From the IMG/VR virus record IMGVR_UViG_3300021962_006479: 64,000 nucleotides of DNA. One strand, 5' to 3'. Positions 57,641 to 64,000 of this stretch are shown here, piece after piece; within the stretch, counting starts at the first letter, position 1; each line of letters begins with the position of its first letter. Source of the DNA: an uncultured virus (IMG/VR IMGVR_UViG_3300021962_006479). Its lineage: Duplodnaviria > Heunggongvirae > Uroviricota > Caudoviricetes. A model generated the notes under the pieces. The model had not been told where the DNA came from, did not search any database, and saw only the letters and a program-made list of their open reading frames with translations. The translations under genes were made by a program, and so were the position numbers.

Positions 57641-57658
57641 AATTATATAAATAGTTGT

Positions 57659-57847
57659 ATGATAGTACAAAGTATATCTACAGCTTGGGACATGGTTAAT
57701 AACCAACAGAGACTTACTGTATATAAAGATATAAATGATCCTGTAACTAATAAACAAATTATTGAAGTTGTACAATATCTGTACAATATAGTAGGTGAAA
57801 TAGAACCTACTCATAGTAAAGGTCAAAACATAGATACAAAATCATAA
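57659..57847 (+). CDS. Small hypothetical protein (62 aa)
   Basis: TATAAATA 5 nt upstream of the ATG. Confidence 0.6.
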   Translation: MIVQSISTAWDMVNNQQRLTVYKDINDPVTNKQIIEVVQYLYNIVGEIEPTHSKGQNIDTKS

Positions 57848-57851
57848 ACTT

Positions 57852-57925
57852 ATCTCCCTAATGTAATGGCAGCATACCGGTCTCCAAAACCGTTAGTCAA
57901 GGTTCGAGTCCTTGGGGGGATGCCA
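57852..57925 (+). tRNA. tRNA-Trp(CCA)
   Basis: ctCCAaa, G73, CCA. Confidence 0.9.
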
Positions 57926-57961
57926 AAATTATCAGGCATGCTTGCACTATATAAATAATGC

Positions 57962-58444
57962 ATGTCTAAAAAAAAGAAAACAATTCCCATAGTTGATGCT
58001 AACACTTTAGAGAAAACTAAACCTGTTATAGATAGAAAATGTGATGGTTGTACCGCATGTTGTGAAGGTTGGTTAAGCGGTGAAGCATACGGTCACCATT
58101 TTTTTAACGGAATGCCTTGCCATTACAAAGGTAGTAATGGCTGTACAATATACAATGATAGACCTGAAAATCCTTGCGTATCTTATAAATGTGCATGGTT
58201 AATGCATCCAGAAATATTTCCTGAATGGATGAAACCTAGTCAATCTAAAGTATTGATGAATGTTAGTGAACAGCATGGACACTATTTTCTCAATCTTATA
58301 GAAATGGGTCAAAAGATGGATTCAAAACTATTGTCTTATATTATAATGCAATACCTGCAAGGAAAGATACCAAACGTAAGATGGCAAGTAGATGGTGCAT
58401 GGTATACGATAGGTTCTACTGAATTTGTACAATCTATGAAGTAA
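57962..58444 (+). CDS. YkgJ-like Cys-cluster protein
   Basis: CDGCTACC...C......CTIY.DRP..PC..Y.C.WL. Confidence 0.75.
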   Translation: MSKKKKTIPIVDANTLEKTKPVIDRKCDGCTACCEGWLSGEAYGHHFFNGMPCHYKGSNGCTIYNDRPENPCVSYKCAWLMHPEIFPEWMKPSQSKVLMNVSEQHGHYFLNLIEMGQKMDSKLLSYIIMQYLQGKIPNVRWQVDGAWYTIGSTEFVQSMK

Positions 58445-58449
58445 TAATT

Positions 58450-58542
58450 GCCCCTGTAGTTTAATGGTTAAAACGGCGGATTTATATCCCGTAAGCAACA
58501 GATAATTGGTTCATCCGAGTTCGACTCTCGGCGGGGGTACCA
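58450..58542 (+). tRNA. tRNA with UAU anticodon (nominally Ile) and a long variable arm
   Basis: GCCCCTG/CGGGGGT acceptor, A73, ttTATat loop, 22-nt variable region, CCGAG-TTCGACT-CTCGG T arm. Confidence 0.8.
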
Positions 58543-58548
58543 AATAAA

Positions 58549-58577
58549 TTGACAACATATCTTAATTGATATATAAT
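58549..58577 (+). promoter_or_regulatory. sigma70-type promoter
   Basis: TTGACA-N17-TATAAT, perfect consensus. Confidence 0.85.
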
Positions 58578-58585
58578 AAGAACAT

Positions 58586-58662
58586 GCGCTTATAGCTCAG
58601 TGGTTAGTAGCAGCGGCCTCATAAGCCGTTGGTCCCTGGTTCAAATCCAGGTGGGCGCACCA
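58586..58662 (+). tRNA. tRNA(CAT), Ile2/lysidine-type likely
   Basis: ctCATaa; body resembles bacterial ileX-type tRNAs; CCA. Confidence 0.75.
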
Positions 58663-58664
58663 AA

Positions 58665-58829
58665 TTACAATGAATGAATAAAATCTAATGCCGGTTCAAT
58701 ATTGGTAAAAAATTTTATTACAGTTGTATTGGATTGTAAATTGTGTACAAGGATGTAACACACAGCATCGTCGGTCATTGATAAGTGTATCAATAATCCC
58801 GTAGCTGTGATAGCGTCATATGTATGCAT
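58665..58829 (-). CDS. Small hypothetical protein (54 aa)
   Basis: ATG 4 nt after TAAATA on the minus strand. Confidence 0.5.
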   Translation of the reverse strand: MHTYDAITATGLLIHLSMTDDAVCYILVHNLQSNTTVIKFFTNIEPALDFIHSL

Positions 58830-58842
58830 AAAGTATTTATGA

Positions 58843-58866
58843 GCGGGGTTCGTATAGTGGTAAAAC
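58843..58866 (+). pseudogene. 5' fragment of a tRNA-Gly-like gene
   Basis: GCGGGGTTCGTATAGTGGTAAAAC looks like an acceptor 5' strand plus D arm; truncated before the GIY-YIG gene. Confidence 0.5.
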
Positions 58867-58897
58867 AGCAGATTACACATTATTGATAAATAAATGT

Positions 58898-59440
58898 ATG
58901 AAATACTATTATTACATATACCAAATTACTAATTTGTTAGACAACAAAATTTATATAGGCACTCATAAAACTAAGAATTTAAATGATGGTTACATGGGAT
59001 CCGGTAAAATCTTAAATTATGCAAAAGACAAATATGGAATTGAAAATTTTAAAAAAGATATTTTAGAATATTTTGATACAGCAGAAGAAATGTTTGCTAG
59101 GGAAAAAGAACTTGTAAATGATGAATTCCTATTAAGGGAAGATGTTTACAATATTCGTAGAGGTGGTTTTGGTGGCTTCGATTATATAAACAAGTCGGGT
59201 ATGCCTAAGATGTTAGGTAAACACCATAGTCAAGAAACCAGAGATAGGTTGTCAGAAGTCTTGATTGCAAGACGTAAGAATGGTACAGCACCTAAAATGA
59301 CCGATGAAGTTCGTATGAATATTTCAGAATCTAAATTAGGTACAAAATATAAATCAAGACCACCAAAGTCAGAAGAACATAAAAGAAAGATATCAGATGC
59401 TATTAAGAAAAAATGGCAAGAAAAGGATCAACGCGGGTGA
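58898..59440 (+). CDS. GIY-YIG (Seg-like) homing endonuclease with NUMOD3
   Basis: YIYQITN....KIYIG.H......Y.GSG, YG.ENF.K.IL, YN...GG; stop codon inside tRNA-Gly. Confidence 0.88.
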   Translation: MKYYYYIYQITNLLDNKIYIGTHKTKNLNDGYMGSGKILNYAKDKYGIENFKKDILEYFDTAEEMFAREKELVNDEFLLREDVYNIRRGGFGGFDYINKSGMPKMLGKHHSQETRDRLSEVLIARRKNGTAPKMTDEVRMNISESKLGTKYKSRPPKSEEHKRKISDAIKKKWQEKDQRG

Positions 59441-59508
59441 AGTGTTTTTGGTTACACGTCTGCCTTCCAAGCAGAAATAGACGAGTTCGACTCTCGCCTC
59501 CCGCTCCA
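59433..59508 (+). tRNA. tRNA-Gly(TCC)
   Basis: ctTCCaa, U73, CCA; T-T mismatch in the acceptor stem. Confidence 0.85.
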
Positions 59509-59585
59509 ATAACAAGGCTTGGACCTCTGTGATAACTAACCGGTAAATGATTATTATACGTCTGAGTTCTTCTAACCCAAAATGT

Positions 59586-59631
59586 TTGACAGTATATGAT
59601 TATTGTTATATACTATGTATGTTCTTTAAAA
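59586..59631 (+). promoter_or_regulatory. sigma70-type promoter followed by a boxA-like site
   Basis: TTGACA-N17-TATACT (59586-59614), then TGTTCTTTAAAA (59620-59631). Confidence 0.7.
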
Positions 59632-59640
59632 AGTTTAATT

Positions 59641-59725
59641 GCTCTGGTGGTGTAATTGGTAGCCACGCTGGTCTTAGAAGCCAGTGCCGAAAGGCGTGTC
59701 GGTTCGAGTCCGACCTGGAGCACCA
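59641..59725 (+). tRNA. tRNA-Leu(TAG)
   Basis: ctTAGaa, long variable arm, CCA. Confidence 0.92.
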
Positions 59726-59730
59726 AAGTT

Positions 59731-59895
59731 ATGATAACAGAGTATAAGGTTATAAATGCTAGTTATGATGAATTTCATAAACTAGTAGCAGAATTATTGT
59801 CTGAAGGCTGGCAACCGCAAGGTGGTGTCAGTGTGGTTCGTAGTTGGTATGCATTAAACCCAACTACATATTACTTTCAGGCATTTGTGAGATAA
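59731..59895 (+). CDS. Small protein, DUF1737-like (54 aa)
   Basis: YKV.....F...V...L.EGW.P.GGV......YFQA. Confidence 0.6.
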   Translation: MITEYKVINASYDEFHKLVAELLSEGWQPQGGVSVVRSWYALNPTTYYFQAFVR

Positions 59896-59896
59896 T

Positions 59897-59981
59897 GCGA
59901 GTGTGGTGAAATAGGTAGACACAAGAGACTTAAAATCTCTCGCCGAAAGGTGTGCCGGTTCGATTCCGGCCACTCGTACCA
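59897..59981 (+). tRNA. tRNA-Leu(TAA)
   Basis: ctTAAaa, long variable arm, CCA. Confidence 0.92.
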
Positions 59982-59986
59982 AATTA

Positions 59987-60062
59987 GGGGGATTAGCTCA
60001 GTTGGGAGAGCGGTTGCTTTGCAAGCAATAGGTCGCAGGTTCGATCCCTGTATCCTCCACCA
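59987..60062 (+). tRNA. tRNA-Ala(TGC)
   Basis: G3-U70, ttTGCaa, CCA. Confidence 0.93.
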
Positions 60063-60080
60063 GATATGATAAATAGTATT

Positions 60081-60257
60081 ATGCGAGTAAAAATTTTAAT
60101 AAATGATAAAATTTATAAAACAATAACTGTTACGGGTGATAGCTATCAACCCAAAGACTATTGGCAAGAAATAAATATTGCCAAAGCAAACGGTTTGCTA
60201 TCAGACTTCAACGTTGAAGACGGACTCAAGGTTGAGTTTCGTCCTATTGTAGCATAA
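60081..60257 (+). CDS. Small hypothetical protein
   Basis: GATAAATA 5 nt upstream of the ATG. Confidence 0.55.
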   Translation: MRVKILINDKIYKTITVTGDSYQPKDYWQEINIAKANGLLSDFNVEDGLKVEFRPIVA

Positions 60258-60280
60258 ATTCACATCATAACAATATATAC

Positions 60281-60355
60281 CGTGGGGTGGAGAAGTAGTA
60301 ACTCATCAGTCTCATAAGCTGAAGATCGGCGGTGCGAATCCGTCCCCCGCAACCA
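60281..60355 (+). tRNA. Initiator-type tRNA-fMet(CAT), atypical
   Basis: C1xA72 mismatch; anticodon stem TCAGT/GCTGA lacks the three G-C pairs; T loop TGCGAAT. Confidence 0.8.
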
Positions 60356-60404
60356 ACCATTAAGAAAGCGAGGTCAATATGCGATTTTAGATAAGGAGAA
60401 CTTT

Positions 60405-60725
60405 ATGTCTAGAACGTACAAAGATCGTCCCAGTAAACTCAGATTCCCTGAAGAAGATTGGGATTACAAATATTACCTCATTGGTAATCGTAAGTATATT
60501 GACTATTTACAATACCCCGGGGTTTTAACAAAAAAGAAAAAAAAAGTTGATACAGAGTATCACTGGATGAGCACTCCCATGTGGTGGGTTCGTGAAATGA
60601 TGAATCAACCACAACGAGCAAAAGGTCGTCAGTGGGAGAAAATTGTATTGAATGTAGATATCAATGATTTGGATATCATTGATTACCCTAGTGTGAGCCG
60701 TAAGCCACACTGGTACTACTGGTAA
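60405..60725 (+). CDS. Hypothetical phage protein
   Basis: AAGGAG RBS; MSRTYKDRP... Confidence 0.6.
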   Translation: MSRTYKDRPSKLRFPEEDWDYKYYLIGNRKYIDYLQYPGVLTKKKKKVDTEYHWMSTPMWWVREMMNQPQRAKGRQWEKIVLNVDINDLDIIDYPSVSRKPHWYYW

Positions 60726-60732
60726 GAATATT

Positions 60733-60810
60733 CGGAGTGTAGCGCAGTCTGGTTAGCGCATCTGCTTTGGGAGCAGAGGGTCGTGAGTTCGAATCCCACC
60801 ATTCCGACCA
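60733..60810 (+). tRNA. tRNA-Pro(TGG)
   Basis: ttTGGga, CCA. Confidence 0.92.
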
Positions 60811-60832
60811 ATTTAATTAAAAAGGAAATATT

Positions 60833-60997
60833 ATGACATGCAGAGGATATGATGCGAAAGCAGTGAAAGTTTCAAAGACAGTTAAACGTGCCGCGGCAAA
60901 AATTCGTGACGCACATGAACGTGGTGCATTCATTCGCAGTTTTGCTGTGATTGAACAAAGTAATTCACGTGGTTCTGGAAAGACTAATAACAAATGA
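60833..60997 (+). CDS. 54-aa basic protein MTCRGYDAKAVKVSK... (absent from ORF track)
   Basis: AAGGA RBS; ATGA coupling to the next ORF. Confidence 0.6.
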   Translation: MTCRGYDAKAVKVSKTVKRAAAKIRDAHERGAFIRSFAVIEQSNSRGSGKTNNK

Positions 60998-61173
60998 GTA
61001 AGGGTTCTAGTCCAAGACCATTTAGTGTCCCATTAAAGACATTTGATAGTAACTTTGACTTAATCTTTCGTAAGCCTGATCCAAGAATTGTTGAGGATCA
61101 CAAAAACGAAGATGATGAATTTGAACGTATTGTTAGTGAAACAAAAGTTAAAGATAGCACACAGGGTGGTTAA
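60994..61173 (+). CDS. 59-aa protein MSKGSSPRPFSV... (absent from ORF track)
   Basis: ATGA overlap with the upstream ORF. Confidence 0.6.
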   Translation: MSKGSSPRPFSVPLKTFDSNFDLIFRKPDPRIVEDHKNEDDEFERIVSETKVKDSTQGG

Positions 61174-61183
61174 ATAGAATAAG

Positions 61184-61258
61184 GCATCGATAGCTCAGGG
61201 GTAGAGCGTCTCCTTTACACGGAGAGGGTCCGCGGTTCGAAACCGTGTCGATGTACCA
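61184..61258 (+). tRNA. tRNA-Val(TAC)
   Basis: ttTACac, CCA. Confidence 0.92.
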
Positions 61259-61272
61259 AATAGGAATAATAT

Positions 61273-61422
61273 ATGCCAATGTATGAAACAACAGTTAGAA
61301 CACCACAAGGTGATACTAAAGATCGTGTGTATGCACCGACCGTACAAGAAGCTAAAAAGCTTTTTGAACAACGACATGGACCACGTAATGTACCATATAT
61401 ACCACATGTTATTCCAAGTTAA
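61273..61422 (+). CDS. 49-aa protein MPMYETTVRTPQG... (absent from ORF track)
   Basis: AGGA RBS; exactly fills the spacer between two tRNAs. Confidence 0.6.
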   Translation: MPMYETTVRTPQGDTKDRVYAPTVQEAKKLFEQRHGPRNVPYIPHVIPS

Positions 61423-61423
61423 T

Positions 61424-61499
61424 GCGGGCGTAGCTCAGTTGGTAGAGCATTACCTTGCCAAGGTAAATGTCGAGAGTTCGAGCCTCTTCGCCCGCTCCA
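61424..61499 (+). tRNA. tRNA-Gly(GCC)
   Basis: ttGCCaa, U73, CCA. Confidence 0.93.
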
Positions 61500-61509
61500 A
61501 GGAATTTTA

Positions 61510-62046
61510 ATGGCACATCAACAACAATTTAACTATATACAAAAACTAAAACTTCTGTACCCTACACATTTTTTTAATGTCAATGTACTTGAAGTAGGTA
61601 GTCTCAATATCAATGGCTCAATACGAATGTTTTTTAGTCATTGCCAATACTTAGGTATTGACGTTGGACAGGGTAGAGATGTTGATTTAGTATGTGAAGG
61701 TCAAACCTTAGATCATCCTGATAATACATATGATACAGTGGGTAGCTGTGAATGTTTTGAACACAATCCTTATTGGGTAGAAACATTTGTAAACATGCAT
61801 CGTATGACAAAGCCAGGTGGATTGATATTTATGACATGTGCTACAACAGGTAGACCCGAGCATGGTACTACACGTACATCACCTAGCGATAGTCCATTGA
61901 CTATAGACAAAGGTTGGGACTACTACAAGAATCTAACTGAAAAAGATTTCAGGGATAACCTAGACATTGATAAGATGTTTAGTTCGCACACATTTGAAGT
62001 GGGTTCACCTCATTGTGATTTGTATTTTTATGGAATTAAAAGGTAA
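61510..62046 (+). CDS. SAM-dependent methyltransferase (type 11)
   Basis: VLEVGS..INGS, GID...G.DVD, ECFEH, KPGG. Confidence 0.85.
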   Translation: MAHQQQFNYIQKLKLLYPTHFFNVNVLEVGSLNINGSIRMFFSHCQYLGIDVGQGRDVDLVCEGQTLDHPDNTYDTVGSCECFEHNPYWVETFVNMHRMTKPGGLIFMTCATTGRPEHGTTRTSPSDSPLTIDKGWDYYKNLTEKDFRDNLDIDKMFSSHTFEVGSPHCDLYFYGIKR

Positions 62047-62048
62047 AT

Positions 62049-62282
62049 ATGTCAGAATCTAGAGCAAGATATTCAAGTGAAGAAGCCGCCAGTATGATCG
62101 GCAATCGATTCGATTTAGTTCTCATTGCCTCACAAAGGGTAAGAGAATTGAAACGTGGACATCGTTCTACACTTAACACTAAAGCAGGTCCAACTGTAAC
62201 TGCATTACAAGAAATTGAAGCAGGATTAGTTGGTCGTGAATACTTAAAAAGAGTTAGAGAAAATCTACGTCCAAACAAATAA
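62049..62282 (+). CDS. rpoZ: RNA polymerase omega subunit-like protein
   Basis: NRFDLVLIAS.R.REL, P.VTAL.EI..G. Confidence 0.85.
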   Translation: MSESRARYSSEEAASMIGNRFDLVLIASQRVRELKRGHRSTLNTKAGPTVTALQEIEAGLVGREYLKRVRENLRPNK

Positions 62283-62297
62283 CTTATAAGTTTTAAT

Positions 62298-62329
62298 AAA
62301 GGTTAGAGTGTAAAAACTCTAACCTTTTT
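62298..62329 (+). terminator. Intrinsic terminator
   Basis: AAAGGTTAGAGT/ACTCTAACCTTT stem followed by T residues. Confidence 0.8.
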
Positions 62330-62468
62330 CCATATCCACTGTGGTAATATATGTTGTAAGTTCTTAACCTAATATCTTTATGTAAAAAGACAATTGTGCG
62401 ATAATTTAATTATCAATTTTGTAAGTATATACGGTAGTACTAGTACTACTAATTAATGGGAAAATATT

Positions 62469-62813
62469 GTGAATCAGTCAATAAGTAAAAGTAGAGAGTT
62501 AGTATTAAGATATGATGCTGAGTTTTGTGAGGATACAGGCTGCTGTAATTCTTGCATGATGTATAGTAATTATACTGCTACAGCCACAGACGAATATATC
62601 GGAGTAAATAGCACTAGTTTAGTAACTGTTACATTGCCCATAGGTATAACAGGCAGACAGTATATCATTAAAGAAGAACGTGGCAACGGTACTGGTAAAG
62701 TAAACGTGCAAGGTACTGGTGCTGAAACTATTGATGGTAGCCCTTTCAAGCAGTTGACTGCTAACGCAAGTTTAACAGTGGTCTTCCGTGCAGGACAATG
62801 GCGTATAATTTAA
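62469..62813 (+). CDS. Hypothetical protein resembling a fibre/baseplate beta domain
   Basis: VTLP....G..Y.IK......V.......IDG...L.......W. Confidence 0.45.
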   Translation: MNQSISKSRELVLRYDAEFCEDTGCCNSCMMYSNYTATATDEYIGVNSTSLVTVTLPIGITGRQYIIKEERGNGTGKVNVQGTGAETIDGSPFKQLTANASLTVVFRAGQWRII

Positions 62814-62819
62814 TTAAAC

Positions 62820-63611
62820 ATGCTAGTACTTAAATCTAAGTACCGTGTAAGGCAAGACCCAAGCGATTGGCGTGACTTGCCTTACACCTTTAAAAGGGAA
62901 CCATTACGTGATGTAGTTGACTTACGTAAATGGGCTAGTCCTATTGAAAGTCAAGGTCATTTGGGAAGTTGTACTGGTCAAGCAGTTGTGGGTGCATATG
63001 AGTTAATGATGAACAAACAAGACCCTAGTAAGTTTGTCGACCTAAGTAGATTGTTTGTGTATTACAATGCACGAATGATTGAAGATGTTGTTAGTGAAGA
63101 TGTAGGTGCATACGTGCGTGATGCCATCAAAGCTGTACAACAATATGGTGTATGCAAAGAAGATTTGTGGCCATACTTAATAGAAGATTTTTCAGTTCCT
63201 CCTAGTGTTAGATGCTATGAAGATGCTAAAAATAGAACCATTAAAAATTACTATCGTATCTCTACCCTAGAAGATACATTAGACGCACTAAATAAAGAAT
63301 ACCCTGTAGTTTTTAGTATGCATGTATACAACTCATTTGATGACCTATATGATTCTGGTAATACTATAAAAATGCCAGAAAAAAATGAAGCTCTATTAGG
63401 AGCACATGCTATGACGTTTGTCGGTTATGACCTGAACAAAAAATTATTTTTAGTTAGAAATAGTTTTGGAAAATACTGGGGACTTAACGGATACTGCTAC
63501 ATGCCCTTTGAATACATGCGAAATGAAGTCATGGACTGTTGGATTTTTGATATAGATATAGATAACAGTTTGCCCAAAAACAGTAGACAACAAAGACAAT
63601 TTATACTATAA
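62820..63611 (+). CDS. Papain-like cysteine peptidase (C1)
   Basis: VDLR, QG.LGSC, LSRLF.YY, GAHAM..VGY, VRNSFG..WG..GY. Confidence 0.9.
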   Translation: MLVLKSKYRVRQDPSDWRDLPYTFKREPLRDVVDLRKWASPIESQGHLGSCTGQAVVGAYELMMNKQDPSKFVDLSRLFVYYNARMIEDVVSEDVGAYVRDAIKAVQQYGVCKEDLWPYLIEDFSVPPSVRCYEDAKNRTIKNYYRISTLEDTLDALNKEYPVVFSMHVYNSFDDLYDSGNTIKMPEKNEALLGAHAMTFVGYDLNKKLFLVRNSFGKYWGLNGYCYMPFEYMRNEVMDCWIFDIDIDNSLPKNSRQQRQFIL

Positions 63612-63612
63612 T
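63584..63612 (+). promoter_or_regulatory. sigma70-type promoter for the downstream RNA
   Basis: TAGACA-N17-TATAAT. Confidence 0.65.
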
Positions 63613-63616
63613 AAGA

Positions 63617-63931
63617 ACACTCGGGTTACTCTTCTCCGTTAACGAAGGCGTAATTGCGGTAACGATAACTGCACAGTGCTTAGGATCTACTGCAAGGCTT
63701 CAATTTAGGGGCAATTTGAGAAATCACTAAGGCAGAGCATAACTGTCTAAATGTAGATATGTAGGACGGAACCTTAAACCCATGTCAGGGCTTGGTAGTG
63801 CTAGTAGCTGACACACTAAATTTATAAGCTAAATAGTCTTGCACCCCTAGCCAAACAACCGCATACAGTCATAATGACTCGTTCCTTTATCTTAATACTA
63901 TAATATACATTTAGCGCATCTAGGGTGTGTT
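63617..63931 (+). ncRNA. Unnamed ~310-nt pseudoknotted RNA G
   Basis: Terminal ACACTC/GGGTGT stem; TGCGGT/ACCGCA; crossing helices TGCAAGGCT/AGTCTTGCA and TAGGGG/CCCCTA; no ORF. Confidence 0.6.
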
Positions 63932-63940
63932 TTACTGCGC

Positions 63941-63969
63941 TTGACAATAATTCCCAAAAGATGTATAAT
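63941..63969 (+). promoter_or_regulatory. sigma70-type early promoter
   Basis: TTGACA-N17-TATAAT, then GAGG RBS and an ATG near the window end. Confidence 0.85.
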
Positions 63970-64000
63970 ACACACAGAGGTAAAATATGATGAACAAACT

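Noticed and set aside
53159..61499. Suppressor tRNA or stop-codon recoding
   Set aside because: No CTA, TCA or TTA anticodons; TAG and TAA here are Leu anticodons; genes read intact in code 11
55173..61510. Track ORFs overlapping tRNAs (55173-55364, 57170-57436, 57417-57641, 61195-61407, 61283-61510, 5' part of 59656-59895)
   Set aside because: They are translations of tRNA or ncRNA sequence; better short ORFs with RBS exist in other frames
63617..63931. tmRNA or RNase P RNA
   Set aside because: No tRNA-Ala-like ends; the frame after ATAACT-GCA (AQCLGSTARLQFRGNLRNH) is not tag-like; no GAGGAAAGUCC motif

Overview
64-kb segment of an AT-rich, large T4-like or jumbo tailed phage genome. A freshwater betaproteobacterial host is inferred from the Bug/TctC genes. 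Layout: (1) 1-21 kb, tail-fibre and adhesin genes (Asn/Gly/Thr-rich repeat fibres, LamG, RCC1 propellers); (2) 21-30 kb, surface-modification enzymes (sulfotransferase, methyltransferases, GT9-like protein, ADP-heptose pathway); (3) 30-43.6 kb, nrdA/nrdB/glutaredoxin, PAAR, SleB, IscU, rubrerythrin/rubredoxin and free-standing homing endonucleases; (4) 43.6-52.4 kb, an unexplained cluster of three PP-loop enzymes, GNAT, desaturase, 2OG oxygenase, two Bug/TctC proteins and a B12-type radical SAM; (5) 52.4-61.5 kb, 27 tRNA genes covering 19 amino acids (no Phe), interleaved with unnamed structured RNAs, sigma70 promoters and boxA sites; (6) rpoZ, a papain-like protease and a ~310-nt pseudoknotted RNA. 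Best candidate for a new system: a 45-codon leader ORF at the head of the tRNA array that uses all 20 amino acids and 33 distinct codons. Its stop codon lies in an antiterminator hairpin that is mutually exclusive with an intrinsic terminator, suggesting a pan-tRNA-sensing transcription attenuator. All calls were made by eye; no database searches or folding programs were run.
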